From: Candidatus Saccharimonadota bacterium | Lineage (GTDB): Bacteria; Patescibacteriota; Saccharimonadia; Saccharimonadales; UBA4665 | Length of the DNA stretch: 32,000 bases | Assembly (NCBI GenBank): GCA_002952755.1 | Contig: CP025011.1 | Coordinates: 180,001 to 212,000, forward strand | Reading direction: 5' to 3' | Shown: positions 17,021 to 26,008 of the stretch, in pieces | How positions within the stretch are numbered: position 1 is the stretch's first letter | Layout: every line of letters starts with the position of its first letter | Notes under the pieces: model-generated | Told to the model about the DNA's origin: nothing | Seen by the model: only the letters and a program-made list of their open reading frames with translations | The model's database searches: none | Position numbers and translations under genes: made by a program

Positions 17021-17455
17021 ATGTCAAAAGAAAGTCCAACGATAATGGTGGTAGAGGATGAGACCCTCCTGTTGCAGGCCATCACCAAGAAACTCAAGAT
17101 TAGCGGCATGGATGTGCTCTCCTGCGCCAGCGGGCAGCAAGCTATTGATTACCTTGATAGCCTTGATGAGCTGCCTGACGCCATCTGGCTGGATTATTAC
17201 CTGAAGGATATGAACGGCTTAGTGTTCATGGAACAGCTCAAAAAGAGCAAAAAATGGGCGGCCATTCCAGTGCTCGTAGTGAGCAATTCGGCCAGTCCGG
17301 ACAAAGTGCATAACATGCTTGCTCTGGGCGCCAAGAAGTATATTCTCAAGGCCGAGTACCGGTTGGATGAAATCATTGCCATGATCCGCGACTTTATTGC
17401 GGCGAATGGGCCAGACGGTGATACTCTTGGTAAGGAAGGTAAGAAGGAAAAATAA
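17021..17455 (+). CDS. Receiver-only (CheY-like) response regulator
   Basis: 144 aa with a single REC domain (IMVVEDE...IWLDYYLKDMNG...VVSNSASPD...KKYILK). No output domain. Confidence 0.88.
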   Translation: MSKESPTIMVVEDETLLLQAITKKLKISGMDVLSCASGQQAIDYLDSLDELPDAIWLDYYLKDMNGLVFMEQLKKSKKWAAIPVLVVSNSASPDKVHNMLALGAKKYILKAEYRLDEIIAMIRDFIAANGPDGDTLGKEGKKEK

Positions 17456-17820
17456 TGGCCGCTAGTTCCAAACAAGTCCTCATTGTAGAAGATGAAAAGC
17501 CGCTCGCCCATGCACTACAGCTCAAGCTGGAGCACGAAGGCTATGCCGTCACGGTTGCCAGTAATGGGCAAGAGTGCCTCGACCTCATCGATAGCCACAA
17601 GTTTGATGTGGTACTGCTCGATCTCATTATGCCGGTTATGGACGGTTTTCAGGTACTTGAGCAGCTAAAGTCCAAAAGCAATAAGCCAATCGTGTTTGTC
17701 CTGTCTAACCTCAGCCAGCATGAAGATGACGAGCGAGCCATCCGTTTGGGTGCCCGCAAATTCTTTATCAAGTCCGACACGCCGCTTACAACGATTGTTG
17801 AAGAGATTAAGAAGTTATAG
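17455..17820 (+). CDS. Receiver-only (CheY-like) response regulator
   Basis: 121 aa with a single REC domain (VLIVEDE...VLLDLIMPVMDG...VLSNLSQ...KFFIK). The ATG overlaps the upstream TAA (TAATG). Confidence 0.9.
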   Translation: MAASSKQVLIVEDEKPLAHALQLKLEHEGYAVTVASNGQECLDLIDSHKFDVVLLDLIMPVMDGFQVLEQLKSKSNKPIVFVLSNLSQHEDDERAIRLGARKFFIKSDTPLTTIVEEIKKL

Positions 17821-17832
17821 GCCCTAAGATAT

Positions 17833-17934
17833 AGCACTCTCCCGGGGCTTCAGGTAGAGCATTTCACGCAGGCCGACTAAAAGTCGGTCTGGCTGCACTT
17901 CGCTTGACTCTACCTGAAGCCCCGGGAGAGTGCT
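17833..17934 (+). repeat. Hairpin element copy 2: 27-bp perfect outer stem around the same conserved core
   Basis: AGCACTCTCCCGGGGCTTCAGGTAGAG (17833-17859) is the exact reverse complement of 17908-17934. The core (17854-17913) is shared with copy 1 in inverted orientation. Confidence 0.9.
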
Positions 17935-19060
17935 GCGAACCGCAGAGAACGCGATAGTTTTATCTGTTGATAACTGGCAGTATAAGCAATTTGGTTGGTA
18001 TACTATACATGTGGGCCCCGCATCTTCACTTATTGAACGCATCACATATACCGCATCACTTGCGACAAATCCAAAGGCTATCGACAGCATATTGGACTCC
18101 TTCCGTGACGTGACTGTTCGTATCGATCCTGCAAAACCGCTCAGTTCGAGTGACCATGCCAAGCTTGTTAAAGTACAGCACGAGCTAGAAAAGTATTTGG
18201 TACAGAAGGAAACACTGCGTTCATTCACTGCCGAGTCACTTCGCCTGCAGATCGAGCAGCACCTGCAAGGCAATGTGGGCAAGAAGAGCCAGGCACGACT
18301 AAGTATCGTTATTGTGTTAGCAATCGTATTGGCGTTGGTTGCTGCGCTGGTCCCTCACCTGGACAACCCAGAGCAACGGGGACTTACGGGGGGTGCTACG
18401 GTGTTTAGCTTGCTGACAGTTGGCGCAGCTTGGCTTTTTTTGACGGCTTTACCGGCCTTTCAATCTTCATTGCGCCGAGCATTCGTGATTATTTGTATAG
18501 CAGTGGCCCTATTGGGATTGTGTATGCTTGGCCAACCGATTATGGAGATTTATGACTTGCGGCGTTTTCCGCTCACCAGTGTTCTGTATACGTTGCCTAT
18601 TCTGATCGCCGCCATCTTATTTCATACGGGTAACATCATGTATGTGCGGCTAATTGGCGTAAAGAGTGTGTGGACGACTGCCAAACCGTTACTTATTGCC
18701 TTCGTACTGTCGGCTGTTTTGACTTGCCTAATGCCGCATCCCCATACAGGCGAGCCCGAATTTGTCCATGATCTGGTGGCGACGATGTGGGCATGGATTA
18801 CACTCACGCCCATCGCCTCGACAATGCTCTTGCCAAAGGCCATACGCAAATTGCCAGAGTTGTATAAGCCGTCTATACGTCTTTTGTTGCAGTCGTTGTT
18901 TCCGATCTTGGCTGTGACGAGCTACCAGTATGTCTTACGATTGTTCGCGGCTCCTACTATGCAAGGTCCGGTGGCCTATGTATTATTTACCCTCGTGACG
19001 TTTATGGGTTTAGGGCTGTTGAGGGCCGGTTATGAGTTTAATAAGGTGAGCCAGTATTAG
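17930..19060 (+). CDS. Membrane protein: soluble N-terminal region of about 120 aa plus about 8 TM helices, unknown function
   Basis: 376-aa ORF. The only upstream in-frame start (GTG 17930) lies inside the 3' arm of hairpin copy 2; an alternative GTG is at 18011. The antisense ORF 17824-18282 is judged spurious. Confidence 0.65.
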   Translation: MLRTAENAIVLSVDNWQYKQFGWYTIHVGPASSLIERITYTASLATNPKAIDSILDSFRDVTVRIDPAKPLSSSDHAKLVKVQHELEKYLVQKETLRSFTAESLRLQIEQHLQGNVGKKSQARLSIVIVLAIVLALVAALVPHLDNPEQRGLTGGATVFSLLTVGAAWLFLTALPAFQSSLRRAFVIICIAVALLGLCMLGQPIMEIYDLRRFPLTSVLYTLPILIAAILFHTGNIMYVRLIGVKSVWTTAKPLLIAFVLSAVLTCLMPHPHTGEPEFVHDLVATMWAWITLTPIASTMLLPKAIRKLPELYKPSIRLLLQSLFPILAVTSYQYVLRLFAAPTMQGPVAYVLFTLVTFMGLGLLRAGYEFNKVSQY

Positions 19061-19086
19061 ATCTATCATTTGCTATACTTTGTAGC

Positions 19087-19455
19087 ATGCAAGCGTTAGG
19101 AATCGAATTATCTCTGGTGCAGGCTATTCTTGACGGCACAAAAACGATCGAAGGGGTGCCCGGTACCCCGCCATTTCTGAAGGTTAGGGTGGGCGATACA
19201 CTTTCCATCCGTGAAGATGTGTACAAAGAAGGCGAATTGACTGTATCTCATGAACACGCCGCACAGGTGCGAGTAGCACAGTTATTATATTTCGAAACAT
19301 TTGCTGAGATGATGGAGACGCTCGGTTATCAGTCAGCCATTCCGTATGCGACCAGTATTGAAACTGCGCTCAAGGTGTATCGGGGTTTGTATGCCGCCGA
19401 ACAAGAAAAAGAATGGGGCGTCGTGGCAATCCGCTTTGAGCTGATCCCCGCGTAG
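19087..19455 (+). CDS. ASCH-domain-like (PUA-fold) small protein
   Basis: 122 aa. The N-terminal pattern LSLVQAILDGTKTIEG...LKVRVGDTLSIRE resembles ASCH domains. The assignment comes from pattern memory only. Confidence 0.45.
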   Translation: MQALGIELSLVQAILDGTKTIEGVPGTPPFLKVRVGDTLSIREDVYKEGELTVSHEHAAQVRVAQLLYFETFAEMMETLGYQSAIPYATSIETALKVYRGLYAAEQEKEWGVVAIRFELIPA

Positions 19456-19477
19456 CTTCGGTGTACGGAGGCAAGAG

Positions 19478-20398
19478 TTATTTTGTGGACTCATTGATGA
19501 AGTTATATGCGCGGCAAAAGCCAGTCGGGCTGTTCTTACACGGTTCAAGTCGCACCAAGTCGCCACCGACTGCTTCGTAAAAGAGTTCGGGGTTAGCGGT
19601 AAGTGGCGGAACTTTTATAATGGCAAGAACCTGAGCTGTTTCTGAGTGGTTGAGCGGGTTGTAGTTTCCCTTTGCTTCGGCGGTATCTCGTACGACAATT
19701 TTAACCGAGTCACCAATTTTAAGATCACTATAAGACGCAAGATTACTTTCGTTATAGATAAGCAATGTGGGTGCGAAGTGACTATATGTGATACCAGGCT
19801 GGCTTGAGTGGATAGTGGCAGGGTAATGTGGATCTAAGGCAAGGGAGATAGTGTCTTTGGTAATGCCGTGGATTGTTTCAGTAAGTGAGGATACTACATC
19901 TGATGTATTGCCCGGAAGTTTTTTGATGATGCTGGTGACTTCAGCATTGCTCACATTTTCTTCGCAAACGCCCTCCAGCGCATCCTGCAGCTGTTGGTCG
20001 GTGAGTTTGGAACCTTGGCGGACCTCATAGTATAGTTGCTCATTTGTACCCGAATGGCCGACTGCATCGCTTGGAGCACCAAAGTAATTACAGTTTTTGG
20101 CATTATATCCCACGATATGGTTGCCGCTCGGCAACGCCTGGCTCATGGTAGGTGTTACGGAGGGCGTTGGCCATAGCACAATTGCTGCCGCCCCGCTTCC
20201 AAGCAGTACTACTCCTGCGAGTGAGAGAAGGCTGGTTTTGCTTAGTAATGGTGTGTGCAGGCGGTTACGAAGCACCCGCCATTTGTGTTGTTTTGGTCCA
20301 TCTTGAATAGTGGCGATGACTGACTGCGTGAAGCTGGCTCGCAGTGTTCGACTAGGTTTAGGTATGTGTTTCGACAGCAACTGCTCAACGTCTTTCAT
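19478..20398 (-). CDS. Putative anti-sigma factor / membrane-anchored extracytoplasmic protein
   Basis: The preferred start, ATG 20398, forms an ATGA overlap with the sigma-factor stop. It has a short cytoplasmic N-terminus, one TM helix (LLSLAGVVLLGSGAAAIVLW) and a large external domain. The call is based on position only. Confidence 0.5.
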   Translation of the reverse strand: MKDVEQLLSKHIPKPSRTLRASFTQSVIATIQDGPKQHKWRVLRNRLHTPLLSKTSLLSLAGVVLLGSGAAAIVLWPTPSVTPTMSQALPSGNHIVGYNAKNCNYFGAPSDAVGHSGTNEQLYYEVRQGSKLTDQQLQDALEGVCEENVSNAEVTSIIKKLPGNTSDVVSSLTETIHGITKDTISLALDPHYPATIHSSQPGITYSHFAPTLLIYNESNLASYSDLKIGDSVKIVVRDTAEAKGNYNPLNHSETAQVLAIIKVPPLTANPELFYEAVGGDLVRLEPCKNSPTGFCRAYNFINESTK

Positions 20399-20916
20399 GT
20401 GAGCTCCTCTCTGAGCGCCTGTTTGGCGCGTTTTAGCCATACACGAACCGTGTTAATCGGCACATGCATCACTGCCGCCATGGTGGCATAGTCTAACCCC
20501 TGCCAATAATAGAGGCTGATCACTGCTTGGTATTCGGGCCGGAGATGCGCAACCATCTGGTGCAGTTCGCTGCGTTCTGCCTGGATATGCGGGGTTGGCT
20601 CGTGCGAAGCGATTGTAGCAATAAGCGTATCATCCAGCGCAATTTCACGGCCTCGTTTTTTGAGGTAGGTGAGGCATTTGTTGGTACTAATCTTGAATAG
20701 CCAGGTCGCTAGCCGGTACTTCTTGTTGTACTGCTTTAACTTATAGTAGGCGCTAATGAAGGTTTCTTGAGCAATATCTTCGGCGGCATCTTCGTCGCGC
20801 ACAATAGCAAAACAATGATAATAGAGTGCGTTTTTATAGCGGTCGACGAGCTCACCATACGCGCCGCTATCGCCACGGAGTGAGCGGGCTATAAGATCTG
20901 CCTCGTCTTCTTGCAT
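20395..20916 (-). CDS. ECF-type sigma-70 family RNA polymerase sigma factor
   Basis: 173 aa with region 2 (YGELVDRYKNALYYHCFAIVRDEDAAEDIAQETFISAY) and a region 4 helix-turn-helix (LDYATMAAVMHVPINTVRVWLKRAKQALRE). Confidence 0.9.
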   Translation of the reverse strand: MQEDEADLIARSLRGDSGAYGELVDRYKNALYYHCFAIVRDEDAAEDIAQETFISAYYKLKQYNKKYRLATWLFKISTNKCLTYLKKRGREIALDDTLIATIASHEPTPHIQAERSELHQMVAHLRPEYQAVISLYYWQGLDYATMAAVMHVPINTVRVWLKRAKQALREELT

Positions 20917-21018
20917 ATCCTATATACCACTACAGATGAGATAAAGTTACAAATTATTTTAAAGACTCCGAGCGTTCCTGGCGGGATGATATCCGCAAAT
21001 TAGCGTACTATTAAGGTA

Positions 21019-21786
21019 ATGACCATTAAACTATATGTGCTCGTAGCTGCGGTAGGTATAGTTTTGGCGTTAGCGGTGTTTGTATTGGCAGAATTTTTGA
21101 TTGTTGTATTGAATGGTACCAAGGTCCCCGCGCCGTCTATTCCACGAGGCCCGCAAATGCTCGGCAGTGGCCCTGCGCTTAGCTATGTCGTGATGGGCGA
21201 CAGTACAGCAATTGCGCAAGGTGCACCATATGCTGAGGGCTATGCACTGTATAGCGCCGAACATTTGGCAGAGAATCACCGGGTCCAATTTGTGAACCTC
21301 GGTGTATCGGGGGCAAGGGCACAAGACGTGGCAGCGTCCCAGGCAGGACAAGCCGCTTCCTACAAGCCAGACATCGTCCTGATTGCGGTAGGAGCTAATG
21401 ACGTCACGCATCTCACTAGTAATACATCGGTTGCCGCTTCGATGCAGACAGTTATCGACATACTCAGGCGCGCCAATCCTGCAGTCAAGATCGTGCTCAC
21501 CGGCGCACCGGCCATGGGGTCTATCCCGCGATTGCCGTGGCCGCTTAAACAACTTGCCGGTTCGCGTACGCGGAGTCTAAATGACGGAGTGTTCGCACCA
21601 TTAGCCGCGCGTGATCATCTTACCTTCGCGCCAATCGCTGCTAAAACAGGCGCTGCTTTTGCGGCTGACCCAACCCTGTTTGCGGCCGATAAATTTCACC
21701 CTAATGCCAGAGGCTATGCTTTGTGGCGCCCGGTCGTGACCGAGGCCCTTGATCAAGCGCTGGCATCGGCAATGCCGCTACAGTAA
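21019..21786 (+). CDS. SGNH/GDSL-family hydrolase with an N-terminal membrane anchor
   Basis: Block I YVVMGDSTA, block III IAVGANDV, block V DKFHPN. N-terminal hydrophobic helix. Confidence 0.85.
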   Translation: MTIKLYVLVAAVGIVLALAVFVLAEFLIVVLNGTKVPAPSIPRGPQMLGSGPALSYVVMGDSTAIAQGAPYAEGYALYSAEHLAENHRVQFVNLGVSGARAQDVAASQAGQAASYKPDIVLIAVGANDVTHLTSNTSVAASMQTVIDILRRANPAVKIVLTGAPAMGSIPRLPWPLKQLAGSRTRSLNDGVFAPLAARDHLTFAPIAAKTGAAFAADPTLFAADKFHPNARGYALWRPVVTEALDQALASAMPLQ

Positions 21787-21830
21787 TGTAGAGATCTTTG
21801 CCGCTGGCTAATCTTACCAGTAGCTCCTTA

Positions 21831-22328
21831 TCAGGATTTATCCCTTCGCTGAATGACGCGGACATACCAGTAGCAAAGCACGCAGAGGGCCAGAAATCCT
21901 ATGGTGCTCGCGGTAATCACTGCAATTTCATTGCTCGTATGAGCTGACGGATTTTTATCCACCCGAATATCGTAGGGCAGGGTAAAACCGCTGCCGGTGA
22001 GCTGCACAGTATAGGTACCCACTGCAGATAATGTGACATTGGCAGTGAGCAGACCCTGGCTGATCCTAGTAGAGGGCGTAGCTATTTGTTTGCCTTGTCT
22101 GGTAATAGCTACATGGCAGCCACAATCTGGTACCGAAAATGTTGGGTCACTAGAGTTCAGATAAAACATGAGCTGCATTGGCTGACCGGCGACCGGTGTA
22201 TCGTTTGGGTTAATATGGAGTATACCCTGCACCCCGTGGTCGCTCAGTACCTGATGCGCGCTCACCGGAAAGGCGGGCAGCAGCACCGACAACAAGCCGG
22301 CAATCAGAAATATTCGTTTCATTTCCAT
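21831..22328 (-). CDS. Secreted beta-sandwich-like protein with a C-terminal TM anchor, unknown function
   Basis: The signal peptide (IFLIAGLLSVLLPAFPVSA|HQ) would leave His as the first mature residue. C-terminal TM helix (IAVITASTIGFLALCVLCYWYV) followed by a basic tail. Confidence 0.6.
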   Translation of the reverse strand: MEMKRIFLIAGLLSVLLPAFPVSAHQVLSDHGVQGILHINPNDTPVAGQPMQLMFYLNSSDPTFSVPDCGCHVAITRQGKQIATPSTRISQGLLTANVTLSAVGTYTVQLTGSGFTLPYDIRVDKNPSAHTSNEIAVITASTIGFLALCVLCYWYVRVIQRRDKS

Positions 22329-22464
22329 TTACTATACCTTAGATAGTTCGCACTGTGTGTATCAGAGGGTCTGTTTGATATCGCTATAAAAATATGGGCG
22401 ATTGTGCTATAGTCGTGCATCGGCACCACAGAGATGCACGTATTTGTTAGTTTTTGGAGTATTG

Positions 22465-22830
22465 ATGGCTAAACGTATACGAATAGAAGGGTTGGGGGAC
22501 GGATTGTGGCCGGTTGGCCCGATTGCTGACGCTGCCCAGCGTGCTCTTGACTACGGATATGACCCGCAAATGGTAGCGGACCGACTGAACGCATATGGTG
22601 TTTATAATCCAAGCGTGTCGGAACATGCTATGCTGGAGCCGGCGGATCCTTTGTTGTGCGGGCGGGATCTTGCGCCCCGAATTGCGAATGTGGCCCTTGC
22701 GAACTGGATTGCATATTGGGAACCTGGCGAAGGCATGGTACCGACATCGCGTAAGGTGCTTCAGGAGATCAATGCTGCTGGCGGAGTATTGCCTAGCTAT
22801 CTGCAGTCGGGATTGAGTAGTTTGATGTAA
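22465..22830 (+). CDS. Hypothetical protein (121 aa) upstream of folP
   Basis: ATG 22465 is preceded by GGAGT (22456-22460). No recognisable motif. The overlapping antisense ORF 22447-22962 is judged spurious. Confidence 0.5.
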   Translation: MAKRIRIEGLGDGLWPVGPIADAAQRALDYGYDPQMVADRLNAYGVYNPSVSEHAMLEPADPLLCGRDLAPRIANVALANWIAYWEPGEGMVPTSRKVLQEINAAGGVLPSYLQSGLSSLM

Positions 22831-22849
22831 GTTAGATTGAGAACCTAAG

Positions 22850-23668
22850 ATGGTAAACAAAAGGCGTCGACTCGGGAGTCTCGAACTTACCCGATTAAAG
22901 GGTGGGGTAGAGCTTTTTGGCATACTCAACGTTACTCCAGATAGTTTTAGCGATGGCGGCAAATATGCCCAGCCTTTGGCGGCGGTGCGTTATGCAGAAA
23001 TGTTATTTGAGGCGGGCGCCGCCTATATTGATATTGGGGCGGAGGCAACCAATCCTCGGGCTAAACCCTTAGAGCCAATCGAAGAATGGCAGCGATTGCG
23101 GCCCGTCTTACGCCAATTATTACCGCGACATCCTGGCCGTATTTCGGTCGATAGCTACCATCCAGAAACTATCGAGCAAGTGGCAAACGAGTTCGGTGCC
23201 AACTTTATTGTCAATGACGTAACGGGAATGAATAATCCAATTATGCGCTTGGTTGTGGCCCGCTTCGGCCTCAAATGCATTGTGAGTCATCTGCCTGCCA
23301 AGTATGGAATCGACATTATGCGGGCGCATAGGGAAGCAGACGCCGACGACGAACAGCAGGTATTGCGCGAGCTGCTTATACGCCGCAATCAGCTCGTAGA
23401 ATTAGGATTGCCTAAGGAGAAGATAATCCTCGACCCTGGGATCGGTTTTGGCAAAACCCCGGAACTCAATAGAAGATTATTAACATTCGGGCGTCTCATT
23501 CGCGACAGCCCGATTATGATTGGCTACTCCCGCAAGCGATTTCTAGGCGAGCACCGTATGAATTTACAGCCGAATCTGGATGCTGCAGACAAAGCAATAG
23601 CCAATGGTGCCCGTTACTTGCGAGTTCATGACGTAGCTGGTCATTACCATCATCTTGTCAACAATTAG
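22850..23668 (+). CDS. folP: Dihydropteroate synthase
   Basis: Signature GILNVTPDSFSDGG, then DIGAEATNPRA and DPGIGFGKT. Confidence 0.9.
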   Translation: MVNKRRRLGSLELTRLKGGVELFGILNVTPDSFSDGGKYAQPLAAVRYAEMLFEAGAAYIDIGAEATNPRAKPLEPIEEWQRLRPVLRQLLPRHPGRISVDSYHPETIEQVANEFGANFIVNDVTGMNNPIMRLVVARFGLKCIVSHLPAKYGIDIMRAHREADADDEQQVLRELLIRRNQLVELGLPKEKIILDPGIGFGKTPELNRRLLTFGRLIRDSPIMIGYSRKRFLGEHRMNLQPNLDAADKAIANGARYLRVHDVAGHYHHLVNN

Positions 23669-23683
23669 GTACAATAAGAAAAC

Positions 23684-24952
23684 ATGACTGCGCTCACAAC
23701 CTTTGCTGAAGTAAACCACGTCCTCGAGGCCCACTGGCCGACGAATCTGCCCCGGCATGCCTATACATTGGAATACATGGTGCAGCTCATGGAATATTTG
23801 GGCAACCCGCAGGATAGCCTCAAAGTCATTCACGTAGCTGGTACTTCCGGCAAGACTTCGACTGCTTATTATGCTGCCGCGCTGCTTAAGGCGGCGGGCA
23901 AGCGCGTAGGGCTAACAGTTTCGCCGCATGTGGACCAAATAAACGAGCGTGTGCAGATCGATTTGGTACCGTTGGATGAAGCCTCGTTTTGCCGTGATTT
24001 CAGCATCTTTCTGGACCTCATTGCGAAGTTGCCATTTACACCATCATATTTTGAGCTGCTAATCGCGTTTGTCTACTGGGAGTTTGCCCGCCTGCAAGTG
24101 GAGTATGCCGTAATAGAGGTGGGGCTGGGTGGTCTCGTGGATGGCACGAACGTAGTAAACCGTGAGGATAAGGTGGCGGTGATTACCGATATTGGGTTCG
24201 ATCATACCCACGTGCTGGGCAAAACGCTCCCGGAGATCTCGACACAAAAAGCGGGCATCATCCAACTGCATAATGCTGTTTTTTGCTATCGGCAATCGGA
24301 TGAGGCAATGGGACCCATCCGCGACCGAGCGGCACAAAAACAGGCCGACTTGCATGTACTCGACCCTAAGGCGGATCAAGCCCGGTTTGCTTTTTTACCT
24401 CTCTTTCAGCAGCGGAACTTTGGACTCAGCCTGCAAGCGGTACAATATGCACTGACACATGATGGGCAGGCTCTGCTTGCTGATGAACAGATCGAGCACG
24501 CAGCTCATACCTATGTGCCAGGCAGGATGGAGATTATTGGAGTCGGGGGCAGACAACTCATTATGGATGGCGCCCATAACGGTCAAAAAATGCACGCGCT
24601 GGTAAAGAGCCTACGTCAGCGCTACCATGGACAAAAACGGGCGGCTATTGTGAGTTTCGTAGCTGGCGGTGACGTTCGCTTTCCCGCCGCCCTTCATGAA
24701 CTCCTGCCTAACATTGATTACCTGATCATTACCTCGTATGGAGGCGGGCAGGATATCCGCCACACCTCTGTTGACCCTGAAGCAATTGTCGCAAGCTGCC
24801 GCGAGCAGCATTTTGATACCTTTGAAGTTATACCCGATATTACCAAAGCGGCGCGTGTACTGCTCAAGCGTCCTGAGCCCATATTGCTTGCTGTTGGCTC
24901 AATCTACATGCTCAGCCATCTCCGACCTGTACTAAAAAACATTAGCAGTTGA
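23684..24952 (+). CDS. folC: Folylpolyglutamate synthase / dihydrofolate synthase (Mur ligase family)
   Basis: P-loop IHVAGTSGKTST, then VIEVGLGG...DGTNV and ITDIGFDHT. Located directly downstream of folP. Confidence 0.85.
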   Translation: MTALTTFAEVNHVLEAHWPTNLPRHAYTLEYMVQLMEYLGNPQDSLKVIHVAGTSGKTSTAYYAAALLKAAGKRVGLTVSPHVDQINERVQIDLVPLDEASFCRDFSIFLDLIAKLPFTPSYFELLIAFVYWEFARLQVEYAVIEVGLGGLVDGTNVVNREDKVAVITDIGFDHTHVLGKTLPEISTQKAGIIQLHNAVFCYRQSDEAMGPIRDRAAQKQADLHVLDPKADQARFAFLPLFQQRNFGLSLQAVQYALTHDGQALLADEQIEHAAHTYVPGRMEIIGVGGRQLIMDGAHNGQKMHALVKSLRQRYHGQKRAAIVSFVAGGDVRFPAALHELLPNIDYLIITSYGGGQDIRHTSVDPEAIVASCREQHFDTFEVIPDITKAARVLLKRPEPILLAVGSIYMLSHLRPVLKNISS

Positions 24953-25004
24953 CCAAGCCCAGCCTTCTCATTACAGTGTAGATACTAAGTAAGGGGGAGG
25001 GTAT

Positions 25005-25808
25005 ATGCTAAGTTTTCGCATTACACCGCAGAAACGCGGACTCGGGTGGATACCGGATGTACCCGACCAACGTGACAAAATTTTCCGGCCTTTGCCCGAA
25101 GCGCTCAAACTCACTAGATTGGCCGCAGTTACCAGGATAGACCTGCGCGACCAGTGTCCGCCAGTGTACGATCAAGGTCAGCTGGGAAGTTGTACGGCCA
25201 ACGCGCTTGCTGGCGCCTTCGATTTTGACCGCGGCAAACAGGGGCACTCATTCATGACCCCGAGCCGTTTATTTGTCTATTGGAATTCGCGCTACATGGA
25301 GGGCACGATAGATACCGACGCCGGTGCCACGCTGCGCGATGGCATCAAAAGCTTGAATGTATCTGGGGTACCCCCAGAGATTGACTGGCCGTACATCATT
25401 GACAAGTTTCGTGATAAACCATCCGAGAAGTCTTACCAGGACGCCCAAGAGAGCCAGACCCTAGAGTATCGTCGTATCGTCACGCCGCACGATGATCCGA
25501 GCCACGATATGCTAGCCTGTTTAAACGAAGGATATCCTTTTGTAACTGGTATTGCCGTGTACGAGAGTTTTGAAACTCCGGATACCGAGAGAACGGGAAT
25601 TATTCCTATGCCGGAGCCAGAAGAGCGATTGCTCGGCGGGCACGCCGTGCTAGTTGTGGGATACGATGTAGGGAAAAAGCATTACATTGTCCGCAATTCA
25701 TGGGGCTCAGACTGGGGCGATGAAGGCCACTTCTACCTGCCGTTTGAATACTTAACAAGTAAAGGGTTGGCCAGCGACATGTGGATGATCAAAACCGTGG
25801 AGGTATAG
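25005..25808 (+). CDS. Papain-family (C1) cysteine peptidase, no signal peptide
   Basis: Catalytic motifs QGQLGSCTANA (Cys), GGHAVLVVGYD (His) and VRNSWGSDWGDEGHF (Asn). Strong SD GGGGGAGGG upstream. Confidence 0.88.
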   Translation: MLSFRITPQKRGLGWIPDVPDQRDKIFRPLPEALKLTRLAAVTRIDLRDQCPPVYDQGQLGSCTANALAGAFDFDRGKQGHSFMTPSRLFVYWNSRYMEGTIDTDAGATLRDGIKSLNVSGVPPEIDWPYIIDKFRDKPSEKSYQDAQESQTLEYRRIVTPHDDPSHDMLACLNEGYPFVTGIAVYESFETPDTERTGIIPMPEPEERLLGGHAVLVVGYDVGKKHYIVRNSWGSDWGDEGHFYLPFEYLTSKGLASDMWMIKTVEV

Positions 25809-26008
25809 ATCTGCTGATACAACTAAAAAAGATGTACTTGGTTCGATGAAGTACCGTGCGCGTCTTATGACTTAACGATTGCACGTTTCAACAGTCTTTA
25901 TGTCGCCGGTGTCAGTGTTATTATGCACTCTTTTTCAGTGCTTCGATGTAGACAGGAGGGTGGTCAAGCGTAAACACGGAAAGGGTTGTATGGATCACGT
26001 CGAGAGAT

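Noticed and set aside
13547-17934. The hairpin elements as integron attC sites, retron msr/msd or CRISPR repeats.
   Set aside because: No integrase, reverse transcriptase or cas gene is present. I see no GTTRRRY/RYYYAAC core sites and no regularly spaced repeat array, and there are only two copies 4.2 kb apart.
17824-18282. A 152-aa minus-strand ORF overlapping hairpin copy 2 and the 5' end of the membrane-protein gene.
   Set aside because: It is Cys/Ser/Arg-rich, starts inside the + strand ORF and reads through the hairpin. The + strand frame has a more protein-like sequence that continues into clear TM helices.
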